Source: Mobula hypostoma (lineage: Eukaryota). From it: a stretch of 64,000 nucleotides of DNA. Below the pieces are notes generated by a model that made no database searches, was not told the DNA's origin, and saw only the letters and a program-made list of their open reading frames with translations. The stretch spans positions 2,730,001-2,794,000 of the forward strand of contig NC_086101.1 in the NCBI RefSeq assembly GCF_963921235.1. Direction: 5' to 3'. The translations under genes and the position numbers were made by a program. The first letter of the stretch is position 1, and every line of letters begins with the position of its first letter. Shown here in pieces: positions 38,901-52,600 of the stretch.

Positions 38901-41900
38901 TCAAACCCACGTCCACCACTCCGCTGGCAGCTCGTTCCACAGTCTCACCGCCCTCTGAGTGAAGAAGTTTCCCCTGAAATATTTGACCTTTCTCCCTGAA
39001 CCCATGACCCCTGGTGCTCGTCTCACCCATCCTCAGTGGGGAAAACTTGTTTTCATTTACCTTGTCTATACCGCCCAAGTCTCTGTCCATCCTCCTTTGC
39101 CCTAAGGAATAAAGTCCAAACCTATGCACACTTTCCATACAACTCACGTTCCAGCACCTTCCTTGTAAATGTTCTATCTGCTCTTTCAATATTGTTTACA
39201 TCTTTCCCATAGCTAGGTGACCAGAACTGAAAACAATACTTCAAATTAGGCCTCACTAATGTCTTACAGAATGTCAGCATTAACATCCCAAAACCTATAT
39301 CTTTTCTCTGACCTGAAACCCCAGCCTACTCCTTCTGTCCCCAAATCGAATCATGGAACTCTCTGACCCCAACACCAAGCCTATTTGACCAAACCTGCTA
39401 CTGATCCCGACCCCCAACCCCTACCCTATAACCATATAACCATATAACAATTACAACATGGAAACAGGCCATCTCAGCCCTTCCAGTCCATGCTGAGCTC
39501 TTATTCTCACCTAGTCCCACCGACCTGCATGCAGCCCATAACCCTCCATTCCCTTCCTGTCCATATATCTATCCAATTTAACTTTAAATGACAACATCGA
39601 AACTGCCACAACCACTTCTGCTGGAAGCTCATTCCACACAGCTACCACTCTCTGAGTAAAGAAGTTCCCCCTCATGTTACCCCTAAACTTTTGTTCTCTA
39701 ATTCTCAGCTCATGTCCTCTTGTTTGAATCTCCCACACTCTCAAAGGAAAAAGCCTATCCATGTCATCTCTAACTATCCCCCTCATAATTTTAAATACCT
39801 CTATCAAATCCCCCCTCAACCTTCTACGATCCAAAGAATAAAGACCCAACTTGTTCAACCTTTCCCTGTAACTTAGGAGATGAAACCCAGGTAACATTCT
39901 AGTAAATCTTCTCTGTACTTCCTCAATTTTGTTGACAACTTTCCTATAATTTGGTGACCAGAACTGTATACAATACTCCAAATTTGGTCTTACCATTGCC
40001 TTGTACAATTTTAACATTACATCCCAACTCCTATACTCAATGCTCTGATTTATAAAGGCGAGCATACCAAAAGCTTTCTTCACCACCCTATCCATATGAG
40101 ATTCCACCTTCAGGGAACTATGCACCAAGAAGGAGTCTGAGAGTCTGAGTGGGAGTGCCGAGAAAGACATTTTTGAAATTTTCGTTATTTTTTTTTCTCC
40201 AACGGCTTTCAGAGAGGCGGGACTGCGCAGGCGTGTGACGTTGGGCAGTGTAGCGCGGCAGATTTAAAAGGAACATAGCCTCATAGAGCGGGCAGCGTAG
40301 TTTGCGGGCTGCGGACTGAGCCGGGAGCAGAGTGAAGACTTAAGGCTTCAGCTCAACGGGCTTAGGCGGAAACGGGCGAGGCGAGGAAGGTTTGGCATTC
40401 ATTTTCTGTTGCTATTTGAGGAGAGGGGCAGTATGAGTGTGAGGGCAGTTTGTTGTTCTCGGTGTCGGATGTGGGAGGCCCTGGAGTCTCCAAGCCTCCC
40501 GGACGTCTACATCTGCGCCAAGTGCATCGAGATGCAGCTCCTAAGGGACCACGTTACGGAACTGGAGCTGCAGCTCGATGACCTTCATCTGGTCAGGGAG
40601 AGTGAGGAGTTGATAGAGAGGAGTTGAAGGCAGGTGATCACGCCGGGGCCACGGGAGGCAGACAAGTGGGTCACGGTTAGGAGGGGGAAGGGGAAAAGTC
40701 AGGTAATAGGGAGTACCCCGGTGGCTGTGCCCTTTAACAATAGGTACTCCTGTTTGAGTACTGTTGGGGGGGACAGCTTACCTGGGGGAAGCAACAGTGG
40801 CCGTGCCTCCGGCACAGAGTCTGGCCCTGTAGCTCAGAAGGGTAGGGCAAGGAAGAGGAGGGCAGTTGTGATAGGGGACTCGATAGTAAGGGGGTCAGAT
40901 AGGCGATTCTGTGGACGCAGACCAGAGACCCGGATGGTAGTTTGCCTCCCTGGTGCCAGGGTCCGGGATATTTCTGATCCTGTCCAAGATATCCTGAAGT
41001 AAGAGGGTGAGGAGCCAGAGGTCGTGGTACATATAGGTACCAATGACATAGGTAGGAAAAGGGATGAGGTCCTGAAAGGAGAATATAGGGAGCTAGGAAG
41101 GGAGTTGAGAAAAAGGACCGCAAAGGTAGTAATCTTGGGATTACTGCCTGTGCCACGCGACAGTGAGAGTAGGAATGCAATGAGGTGGAGGATAAATGCG
41201 TGGCTGAGGGATTCGAGCAGGGGACAGGGATTCAAGTTTTTGGATCATTGGGACCTCTTTTGGCGCAGGCGTGACCTGTACAAAAAGGACGGGTTACACT
41301 TGAATCCTAGGGGGACCAATATCCTGGCAGGGAGATTAACGAGGGCTACTGAGGTGACTTTAAACTAGAATGGTTGGGGGGTGGGAATCAAATTAAAGAG
41401 GCTAGGCGTGAGGAGGTTAGTTCACAACAGGGGGATGGGAACCAGTGCAGAGAGACAGAGGGGTGTAAAGTGAGGGTAGAAGCAAAAAGTACCAAGGAGA
41501 AAAGTAAAAGTGGCAGGCCGACAAATCCAGGGCAAGCATTAAAAGGGGCCACTTTTCAACACAATTGTATAAGGGCTAAGAGAGTTGTAAAAGAGCGCCT
41601 GAAGGCTTTGTGTGTCAATGCAAGGAGCATTCGTAATAAGGTGGATGAATTGAAAGTGCAGATTGTTATTAATGATTATGATATAGTTGGGATCACAGAG
41701 ACATGGCTCCAGGGTGACCAAGGATGGGAGCTCAACGTTCAGGGATATTCAATATTCAGGAGGGATAGACATGATGGAAGGGGAGGTGGGGTGGCGTTGC
41801 TGGTTAAAGAAGAGATTAACACAATAGAAAGGAGGGACATAAGCCGGGAAGATGTGAAATCGATATGGGTAGAGCTGCGTAACACTAAGGGGCAGAAGAC

Positions 41901-44900
41901 GCAGGTGGGAGTTGTGTACAGGCCACCTAACAGTAGTAGTGAGGTCGGAGATGGTATTAAGCAGGAAATTAGAAATGTGTGCAATAAAGGAACAGCAGTT
42001 ATAATGGGTGACTTCAATCTACATGTAGATTGGGTGAACCAAATTGGTAAAGGTGCTGAGGAAGAGGATTTCTTGGAATGTATGCGGGATGGTTTTTTGA
42101 ACCAACATGTCGAGAAACCAACTAGAGAGCAGGCTATTCTGGACTGGGTTTTGAGCAATGAGGAAGGGTTAATTAGCAATCTTGTCATGAGAGGCCCCTT
42201 GGGTAAGAGTGACCATAATATGGTGGAATTCTTCATTAAGATGGAGAGTGACATAGTTAATTCAGAAACAAAGGTTCTGAACTTAAAGAGGGGTAACTTT
42301 GAAGGTATGAGACGTGAATTAGCTAAAATAGACTGGCAAATGACACTTAAAGGATTGACGGTGGATATGCAATGGCAAGAATTTAAAGGTTGCATGGATG
42401 AACTACAACAATTGTTCATCCCAGTTTGGCAAAATAATAAATCAAGGAAGGTAGTGCACCCGTGGCTGACAAGAGAAATTAGGGATAGTATCAATTCCAA
42501 AGAAGAAGCATACAAATTAGCCAGAGAAAGTGGCTCACCTGAGGACTGGAAGAAATTCAGAGTTCAGCAGAGGAGGACAAAGGGCTTAATTAGGAAGGGG
42601 AAAAAAGATTATGAGAGAAAACTGGCAGGGAACATAAAAACTGACTGTAAAAGCTTTTATAGATATGTAAAAAGGAAAAGACTGGTAAAGACAAATGTAG
42701 GTCCCCTGCAGACAGAAACAGGTGAATTGATTATGGGGAGCAAGGACATGGCAGACCAATTGAATAATTACTTTGGTTCTGTCTTCACTAAGGAGGACTT
42801 AAATAATCTTCCAGAAATAGTAGGGGACAGAGGGTCCAGTGAGATGGAGGAACTGAGTGAAATACATGTTAGTAGGGAAGTGGTGTTAGGTAAATTGAAG
42901 GGATTGAAGGCAGATAAATCCCCAGGGCCAGATGGTCTGCATCCTAGAGTGCTTAAGGAAGTAGCCCAAGAAATAGTGGATGCATTAGTGATAATTTTTC
43001 AAAACTCGTTAGATTCTGGACTAGTTCCTGAGGATTGGAGGGTGGCTAATGTAACTCCACTTTTTAAAAAAGGAGGGAGAGAGAAACTGGGGAATTATAG
43101 ACCGGTTAGCCTTATGTCGGTGGTGGGGAAACTGCTGGAGTCAGTTATCAAGGATGTGATAACAGCACATTTGGAAAGCGGTGAAATGATCAGACAAAGT
43201 CAGCATGGATTTGTGAAAGGAAAATCATGTCTGACGAATACCATAGAATTTTATGAGGATGCAACTAGTAGAGTGGATAGGGGAGAACCAGTGGATGTGG
43301 TATATTTGGATTTTCAAAAGGCTTTTGACAAGGTCCCACACAGGAGATTAGTGTGCAAACTTAAAGCACATGGTATTGGGGGTAAGGTATTGGTGTGGGT
43401 GGAGAATTGGTTAGCAGACAGGAAGCAAAGAGTGGGAATAAACGGGACCTTTTCAGAATGGCAGGTGGTGACTAGTGGGGTACCGCAAGGCTCAGTGCTG
43501 GGACCCCAGTTGTTTACAATATATATTAGTGACTTGAACGAGGGAATTAAATGCAGCATCTCCAAGTTTGCGGATGACTCGAAGCTGGGTGGCAGTGTTA
43601 GCTGTGAGGAGGATGCTAAGGGGATGCAGGGTGACTTGGATAGGTTGGGTGAGTAGGCAAATTCATGGCAGATGCAAATTAATGTGGATAAATGTGAAGT
43701 TATCCACTTTGGTGGCAAAAATAGGAAAACAGATTATTATCTGAATGGTGGCCGATTAGGAAAATAGGGGAGGTGCAACGAGACCTGGGTGTCATTATAC
43801 ACCAGTCATTGAAAGTGGGCATGCAGGTACAGCAGGCGATGAAAAAGGCGAATGGTATGCTGGCATTTATAGCGAGAGGATTTGAGTACAGGAGCAGGGA
43901 GGTACTACTGCAGTTGTACAAGCCCTTGGTGAGACCACACCTGGAGTATTTGTGCAGTTTTGGTCCCCTAATCTGAGGAAAGACATCCTTGCCATAGAGG
44001 GAGTACAAAGAAGGTTCACCAGATTGATTCCTGGGATGGCAGGACTTTCATATGAAGAAAGACTGGATGAACTGGGCTTGTACTCGTTGGAATTTAGAAG
44101 ATTGAGGGGGGATCTGATTGAAACGTATAAGATCCTAAAGGGATTGGACAGGCTGGATGCAGGAAGATTGTTGGGGAAGTCCAGAACGAGGGGCCACAGT
44201 TTAAGGATAGAGGGGAAGCCTTTTAGGACCGAGATTAGGAAAAACTTCTTCACACAGAGAGTGGTGAATCTGTGGAATTCTCTGCCACAGGAAACAGTTG
44301 AGGCCAGTTCATTGGCTATACTTAAGAGGGAGTTAGATTATGGCCCTTGTGGCTATGGGGGTCAGGGGGTATGGAGGGAAGGGTGGGGCGGGGTTCTGAG
44401 TTGGATGATCAGCCATGATCATAATAAATGGCGGTGCAGGCTCGAAGGGCCGAATGGCCTACTCCTGCACCTATTTTCTATGTTTCTATTATTCCTAGAT
44501 CCCTCTGTTCTACTACATTCTCAATGCCCTACCACTTACCATGTCTGTCCTATTTTGATTAGTCCTACCAAAATGTAGCACCTCACATTTATCAGCATTA
44601 AACTCCATCTGCCATCTTTCAGCCCACTCTTCTAACTGGCTTAAATCTCTCTGCAAGCTTTGAAAGCCTACTTCAATATCCACAACTCCACCTATCTTGG
44701 TATCATCTGCATATCCTCGACCCCCAACCCCTACCCTATCCCCACCCCCAACCCCTCCTCCATCCTCGACCTCAACCCCTACCCTATCTCTGACCGCCAA
44801 CCCCTCCCCAATCTCCGACCCCAACCCCTCCCTTATCTCTGACCCCAACCCCTATCCCCGACCCCCAACCTCTACCCTATCCCCAACCCTAATCCCTCCC

Positions 44901-47900
44901 CTGTCCCCGACGCCCAACCCCTACCCTATCCCGCCCCCAAACCCTACCCTATCCCCGATCCCCAGATCCTCCCCTATCCCCGACCCCCAACCCCTTCCCT
45001 ATCTCTGACCCCAACCCCTCCCCTATCCCCAATCCCCAACCGCTCCACTATCCCGACCCCCAACCCTTGCCCTATCTCTGACACCAACTCCTGCCCTATC
45101 CCGCCCCCAAACCCTCCCCTATCCCTGACCCCCAAGCCCTTCCCTATCCCCGATCCCCAACCCCTGCCCTATCTCTGACCCCAACCCGTTCCCTATCTCC
45201 GCCCCCAGTGCTACTCCCGCCGCGGCCCTTCTGCTCCTAACCTCTCACCTCTCCTCACCTTTCCTGCTGCAGCTTTGGAATTCGTTCCCAGCGCTGGACA
45301 TCTTCCCGGGGTCCCACCACAAGGTATTGAACAATATCAGGAAGGTACACGACTTGCTCCGCTATTTCCTAAAAAAGAACCGGCAGGGGCTGGAAGAGGA
45401 GTGCTTACGCAGTTTCACGGATGTCTTCATGCTGAGGCAGGAGGAGGTAAAACGGGCTGCCAGGTAGGACGGGGCGGGGCACGGAAAGAAGGTGGGAAAG
45501 GTGTCCAACAAAGAGCTTTGGAGATGGGATAGATATATATATGTGTGTGTGTGTAGAGACAGTGAGTGCCTGTAGTGACCTACCAGGTGCACCGTTGCTG
45601 CACGCTGATTTGCGAGGGTTCACCCGCTTTAAAGGTGTTCTGATGTCGGCCTCTGAGACACAGATGAGAAGGGTCACCAGATGCTGCAGGGGTTCCCACA
45701 GGAAGGGTTTTATTCCACCTTTCAAAGGGTGCATAAAAAGACTTTGAGCCCATCTGGGAGGGAAGCATCTCCGAATCGGGTTTACTATCACCGCCATGTG
45801 ACGTGAAATTTGTTAACTTAGCAGAAGCAGTTCCATGCAATACATAATATAGAAGAGAGAAAAAAATAAATAAAATAAAAATGATAATAAATTAACAAGT
45901 AAATCAATTACAGTATACGTATATTGTGTTGGCGCGTGGCCAAGTGGTTAAGGCGTCGGTCTAGTGATCTGAAGGTCGTGAGTTCGAGCCTCAGCTGAGG
46001 TAGCGTGTTGTGTCCTTGAGCAAGGCACTTAACCACACATTGCTCTGCGACGACACTGGTGCAAAGCTGTGTGGGTCCTAATGCCCTTCCCTTGGACAAC
46101 ATTGGTGGCGTGGAGAGGAGAGAGGGGAGACATGGGCAACCAGTCTTCCATACAACCTTGCCCAGGCCTGCGCCCTGGAGACCTTCCAAGGCACAAATCC
46201 ATGGTCTCATGAGACTAACAGATGCCTATATATATTATAATATTGAATAGATTTTTAAAAAACGTGCCAAAATAAAAATACTGTATATTAAAATACGTGA
46301 GGTAGTGTCCATGGTTTAAATGTCCATTTCCCAGAGGGGAAGAATCTATTCCTGAATCACTGAGTGTGTGCCTTCAGGCTTATGTACCTCTTACCTGAGG
46401 GTAACAGTGAGAACAGGACATGCCCTGGGTGCTTATGGTCCTTAATAACGGACCCTGCCTTTCTGACCCAAGATGGAGCTGACTAAATTTACAACCTTCT
46501 GCAGCTTCTTTCCGTCCTGTGCAGTAGCCCGTCCTCACCAGACAGTGACACGGCCTGTCAGAATGCTCTTCACGGTACAACTGTAGAAGTTTTGAATACC
46601 ATTCTCTACCATTCACGATCATTGCTTTCGCTTTGCAGGACAAAATAGCCTGCAAACTTTGCCAGAGCTGACGTGCATTGGGTTTTGTCTCGAACCTGAA
46701 TTGGAATTGTTTCTCTTTCCGCTCTTAAAATAATTTCCATCGCTTGTATCTGAACTTCTAGAAGATTTGTGCATCACCGGTCAGAATGAGAGAATGGGCA
46801 AAGGATTGGCGGATGAAATCTGGTGCACTGAAGTGGGCGGTGATACACCTCGAGAGAAGGAATAAAGGCAGAGGCTGTTTTTTTTTTAAAGCGTGTGAGA
46901 ATTCTTTCCGTCGAACACCGGGAAGACGGTTCAGGGCAACGAGGCTCCCCGGCACGCCTCAGAACTTGGCAATCAACTGGTGTTGTTTCACCGCACTCCG
47001 CCACACCGGGGAGCTGCTTCACCAGAGGGTCTGCTGCCGTTCTGAGATCTTAACATTTCCATGACACGCGTTTGACTTACCCATTGTAAAGCCTTCCTGC
47101 CCACCACAGTGCAGTTTCCGCGCTGAGCTGTTAGGATATTAGCTTGCTAGGATGCTCTGGTCTGCGCCTTTGCAGAATGAGGTGAACATAGGCCAGCTCC
47201 GTTCGGCCTTCTCAGATCACGGAGACGTTGCTGAGCATTCCTGGTTGTGCACGATGCATTCGGGGACCATGACAGGTTCTGTGAGATGTGCAGTCCCAGG
47301 AGTTTGTAGCTGCTCGCAGTTTTCACTGCTGTGTCATGTGTGGTGAGCGTTCTCCTGAAGCCGGTAGCCAGGATGCTGCCTGGTTTAGAGAGTATGCATT
47401 ATGATCAGAGATTAAGGGAACTAGGGCTTTACTCTTCGGAGAGAAGGAGGATGAGATGAGACATGATGGAGATGTACAAGATAATAAGAGGAATAGATGG
47501 AGTGGATAGCCAGCACCTCTTCCCCAGGGCACCACTGCTCAATACAAGAGGACATGGCTTTAAGGTAAGGGGTGGGAAGTTCAAGGGGGATATTAGAGGA
47601 AGGTTTTTTACTCAGAGAGTGGTTGGTGCATGGAATACACCGCCTGAGTCAGTGTGGAGGCAGATACACTAGTGAAGTTTAAGAGACTACTAGACAGATA
47701 TATGAAGGGATTTAAGGTGGGGGGTTATATGGGAGGCAGGCTTTAAGGGTCGGCACAACATTGTGGGCCGAAGGGCCTGTACTGTGCTGTACTATTCTAT
47801 GTTCTATGTTCTATCTCCTTTGTCTTGTTGGCATTGTACTTACTTATGTAGCCTCCTGGTAAGCCTAGGGATCGCTCAGCTCGCTTTCGTCTAGGGGGAG

Positions 47901-49591
47901 CAGTCTTCGGCCCCACCAAACTGGGTAATCAAGTTTCTGTTGATACCGTGTGATGTACCCCACCCCGCCAAATATAGATCTTACTGGAACTATGTAATTA
48001 ATAGAGATACAATATAAAAGGAAAGTAAAAGGCGCCAAACTTATCAAGGTTCAACCACCTCGTGCACAGGTGTTGGAGTCCAATTAACGGAATCTTCTTT
48101 CCACCATTTGATCTACTCCGACCTCCTCGACCCGCCGCCTGGGACCAACCGCGGTGGTCGACCAGAGCGCGTCCAGCACGGCCTCCCTTTGCGTGCTGGA
48201 GGTCCTTAAGCTGGCCAATCTTCTGCCAATGCGAGTGCATATTCTGTAGTTTGTCAAGCAGCAGCATGTGCGGCACCTTGTTGAAGGCCTTCTGAAAGCC
48301 CAGCGACTCTCCTTTGTCTATACCGCTTTTTGTTTCTTCGAAGAATTCCAAGATTTGTCAGACAACGTTCCTCCTTAAGGAAACCATGTTGACGTTGGTC
48401 TACTTTATCACGTGACTCCAAGTACCCTGAAGCCTCGCCTTTAATCATGAAGTCCAAACTCTTCCCGCACACTAAGGTGTAACAGTTGTAGGTAAAGTGT
48501 ACGGATCGGTACAAAAGAGGCATATTCTGGTTGGTTTGTGGTGACCAGTAATGTTCCGCAGGGGTCAGTATGGGCCTCGTTGTTTTCACGCCATATGTCA
48601 ACGAATTGACTGACTAAATTGATGAGTTTGTGGCGAAATTTGCAGACTATATAAAGATAGGTGGTGGGGGGGGGCAGTTCGTGTTGAAACAGCGAGTCTG
48701 CAGAACGTCTTGGACAGTGAGAGAATAGGCAAGGAATACTCAGATAAAGTCTGCTGCGGTGAAGTGAGTGGTGATACGCTTCGGAGAAGCAATAAAGGCG
48801 AAGACTATTTTTTAACGGGAAGAAAATTCAGAAATCGGATGTGCAGGTGGACCTGGGAGTTCTGGTGCTGAATGGGGTTGATAGAGATAATAAATCAGCC
48901 ATGATGGAAAGGCAGAGCGGACTCCACGTACCGAGATCCCTAATTCTGCTCATCTGTCTTATGATCTTATGGTCTGAACAAATAACAGCCAAAGGGCAGG
49001 TGCGGAATAAAGTGTGACATTTAAGGAGAAAGTACATTTGTCCTTTTCCATTCCCCAGGAAGCAGGGAAACCAGGGACGCACTTCCATGAAGACAACCTG
49101 TTGATAACGACCAGCGATCTGTTTGTCGCTGGCATGGAGACCACGTCCACGACCCTCCGCTGGGGGCTGATGCTGATGGCTATCCGACCGGAGATACAGA
49201 GTGAGGGGACTCCTTACTCCCCCACCCCCCGGCCCCCCGGCCGACTCTGAATTCATCCGACCAGGCGGCATCAACACCCATTCTCAGACCTCCTGTGCCA
49301 GGGTCTGTCCCTCCCTCTCTCTCTCTCTCTCTCTCTGTCTGTCTCTCTCTCTCTCCCTGTCTGTCTCGCTCTCTGTCTCTGTCTCTCTCGTCTCTCTCTC
49401 TCTGTCTCTCTCTCTCTCTGTCTCTCTCTCTCTGTCTCTCTGTCTGTCTCTCTCTCTCTCTGACTCTCTCTCTGTCTCTCTCTCTCTCTCTGTCTCTCTG
49501 TCTCTCTCTCTCGTCTCTCTCTCTCTCTCTGTCTCTCTCTCTCGTCTCTCTCTCTCTCTTTCTCTCTCGTCTCTCTCTCTCTCTGTCTCTC

Positions 49592-49635
<44 letters not shown>

Positions 49636-52600
49636 GTCTCTCTCTCTCTGTCTCTCTGTCTCTCTCTCTCTCTCTCTCTGTACTCGCTCTCTCTTTCTCT
49701 GTATTCTCTCAATATTGTTCATTCCTTTATTTATTTATGTTGGCTCTCTATTCTCTCTATTCTCTTTCTATTCTTTCAATATTGTTCATTTATTTATTGA
49801 TTTATTTATGTTCGCGATGCAGCGCGGAGTACTCCTTCCATCCCTTCCAGCCACGCTGCCTCAGCAACTCTACAATCCTGATTAACCCTAAGCTAATTAC
49901 GGAACGATTTAAAATTACAATTACTGTCCCCGGTAGGTCTTTGGACAGTGGGAGGAAACCGGGGCATCCGGGGAAAACCCCACGCATTCCATGGGGAGGG
50001 CTTACAGGGAGCCCTCACCGAGCGGTACCGGAATTTAGCTCCGAACTCTGGATCGGCTTCAGCGAAATTAACGTCGCGCTAGCCGCAATGCTACTGTGGC
50101 GCCCATAAAGGGTATCAGTGAAATGGAGAAGGAAATGATCGTTTCTCCCCATCCGATTGTCTACCTGCCCCATCACACCATGTCTCCCCACCATCCACCC
50201 CGACCCCTCGTCCGATCAGCCTAACACCGACACCTTCTTCCCCCCAGCTCTCGTCCCCACCGCCTTCCCTTTATTGCACGGTCTACCGACCTCATCCAAC
50301 AGGTTCTGCCTTCAACGATAGACACGGAGCACTCTAACATGGGAAAAAGCCCTTCAGCCCATCAAGTTATTCTGTCTAGTCTATGGACCTGCGCCCGTGC
50401 TGTAGACCTCATATGCATGTACCTATCCAATTTTGTCTTCAGTGATGAAATTGAACCCGCATTCACCACTTCCGCTGTCAGCCCATTCCACACTCTAACG
50501 GCCCTCTGAGAGACGAAGTTCCCCCTCTTGTTCCCTTAAATATTCCATCTTTCACATGTAAAACCATGACCTGTAGTTCTAGTCTCACCCTGCCTCAGTA
50601 GCAGAAGATTGCTTGCACATACCTTATCTGTACCCCTCATAACTGTGTAGACCTCGATTACTTCCTCCCTCATTCTAGCCAATAAAATGATAACCTATTC
50701 AACCTGTCCCTATATCTCAGGTGTTGAGGTCCCGGCCACAGCCTTGTAAATTTTCCTTTTCCTTGTTCACCCTTCAACTCCCAGCTTCTTATATTGTTTC
50801 CGCGGTGTCTCTCCCACACTTGCCTATCACCTCTCCCTTTCAGCTGATTCCACTGGTCATCGCCACTCGCTCCACCGCTCCCCTGCACTTTTCCACACGC
50901 TCCGACTGTCCTCGGACGCAAGCGCCGACTGCTTGCTCTTTGGCGTAGATACGGTCTGATCTGCTGAGTTCCTCCAGCATTTTGTGTGTGTTGCTCTCCA
51001 CCCTATCTGACAGTCCTGGGGAAAGATCTCGGCTGGAAATCCCCTACAGATACTGCCCCACACATTGAGTTTCTCCAGGGTCTGTGCGCATTACAGCTGT
51101 CCCGTATCTCAGGATCAACCGGGCCTTTTGTAAAGTCTGCAGCTCTCATTTTTATTTTCATTTATTGCGAGATACAGCGTGGAACAGTCTCTTCCCGCCA
51201 CCGAGCCACGCGCCCAGAGAACCCACTGATGTAAAAGGCATCCGTAAGTCTTGCGAGACCATGGATCTGCGCCTGGGAAGTCTTCACTCTCCAGGGCGCA
51301 GGCCTGGGCAAGATTGTATGGAGGACCGGCAGTTGCCCATGCTGCAAGTCTCCCCTCTCCACGACACCAATGTTGACCAAGGGAAGGGCAAGGGCCGATA
51401 CGGCTTGGCACCGGTGTCGTCGCAGAGCACGGTGCGGTTAAGTGCCTTGCTCCAGGACACAACACGCTGCCTCGGCGAATGCCTTAACCACGTGCCCACC
51501 GATTTAACCCCAGCCTAATAACAGGGCAGTTTACAGTGACCAATTAACCTACTAACCGGTTCTTCCTTGGGCTGTAAGAGGAAACCGGGGCGCCCGGAAG
51601 AAACAGATGAGCTCACGGGGAGAAGGTACGATCTCCTTAAGACGGGGTCGGAACTGAAACCCGAACTCCTTCGACCTGAGCTGTAACAGCGCCGCACTAA
51701 CCGCGGGGCTACCTTGGCGACTTCTGATAAAGGGATGTCCACTTGTCCTCCTCTCCACCACCGCCCATGGGGCTGTTCAAGGTGCTGAGTGTTACCGGCT
51801 CTATCCTGGTTTAATTCGGGATCTCCCGCAGTTTCAGCGTGTCGATTTCCAATCGACCAGCCCGCCATTCACTGAAACCCACGACCCAGATCCCAGGCGC
51901 CAGTGCCCGGACCAATAGAGCCAATTCAACCAATTTCCCCCGGGATCAATAAAGTATGACTATGAGTGAGTATAACCGCAAGGCAGCGGAGGTCCGAGCT
52001 CAGATTTGCCTTCTCCTAGACGAGTTACCAACCACCATTGAGGAACCCCCACCTGCACGAACAGGCTGGTTTAACGCTCCAGGAACCGGCCCTTGTCCTT
52101 TCTCCTGGCGGAAAAAACGGTTCCACCGGGCTTAGTAGCTAAGACAGACGTGAAGGCCAGGACTGCACCGGATTGTCAGAAGTTATTTTAAATGCACGCC
52201 ATTGGTAGGTTGAGAGAGCCTGCAGGACACTAATCCCGAATCCAGACCAGGACTGAAACCCACCTCTCCTCCGCTCGCCCTCCAGAGAAGGTCCAGGAGG
52301 AACTAGACGCAGTGATCGGCCGGGAGCGGGAGCCGCGGCTGGACGATCGCCGACATCTGCCCTACACGGACGCCGTGATCCACGAGACGCAGAGATTCGC
52401 CAACATCGTCCCTCTTAACCTGCCTCACCGGACCACGACCGACGTCAGCTTCCGAGGGTTCCTCATCCCCAAGGTGCGAGCGAGCAGCAGTGGTCCTGGC
52501 AGCTTGGGTCGCGGAGGGTGGGCTGCGGAGGAAGGGGGGAGTTTGCCCCAGACGGAGTATCCAAAACAGCGGAGGAGTGGGCAGGGTAACGGGGGGAAGT

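Noticed and set aside
41374..43656. 760-aa ORF as a host gene or an active retroelement
   Set aside because: It is CR1 ORF2 truncated by a TAG with downstream frameshifts, and ORF1 has stops
45926..46000. tRNA gene-like sequence (also 3330-3404 and 58220-58279)
   Set aside because: SINE heads continuous with repeat bodies and flanked by TSDs; no clean cloverleaf or terminator
49180..49885. RE-rich and SL-rich ORFs
   Set aside because: Artefacts of the (CT)n microsatellite
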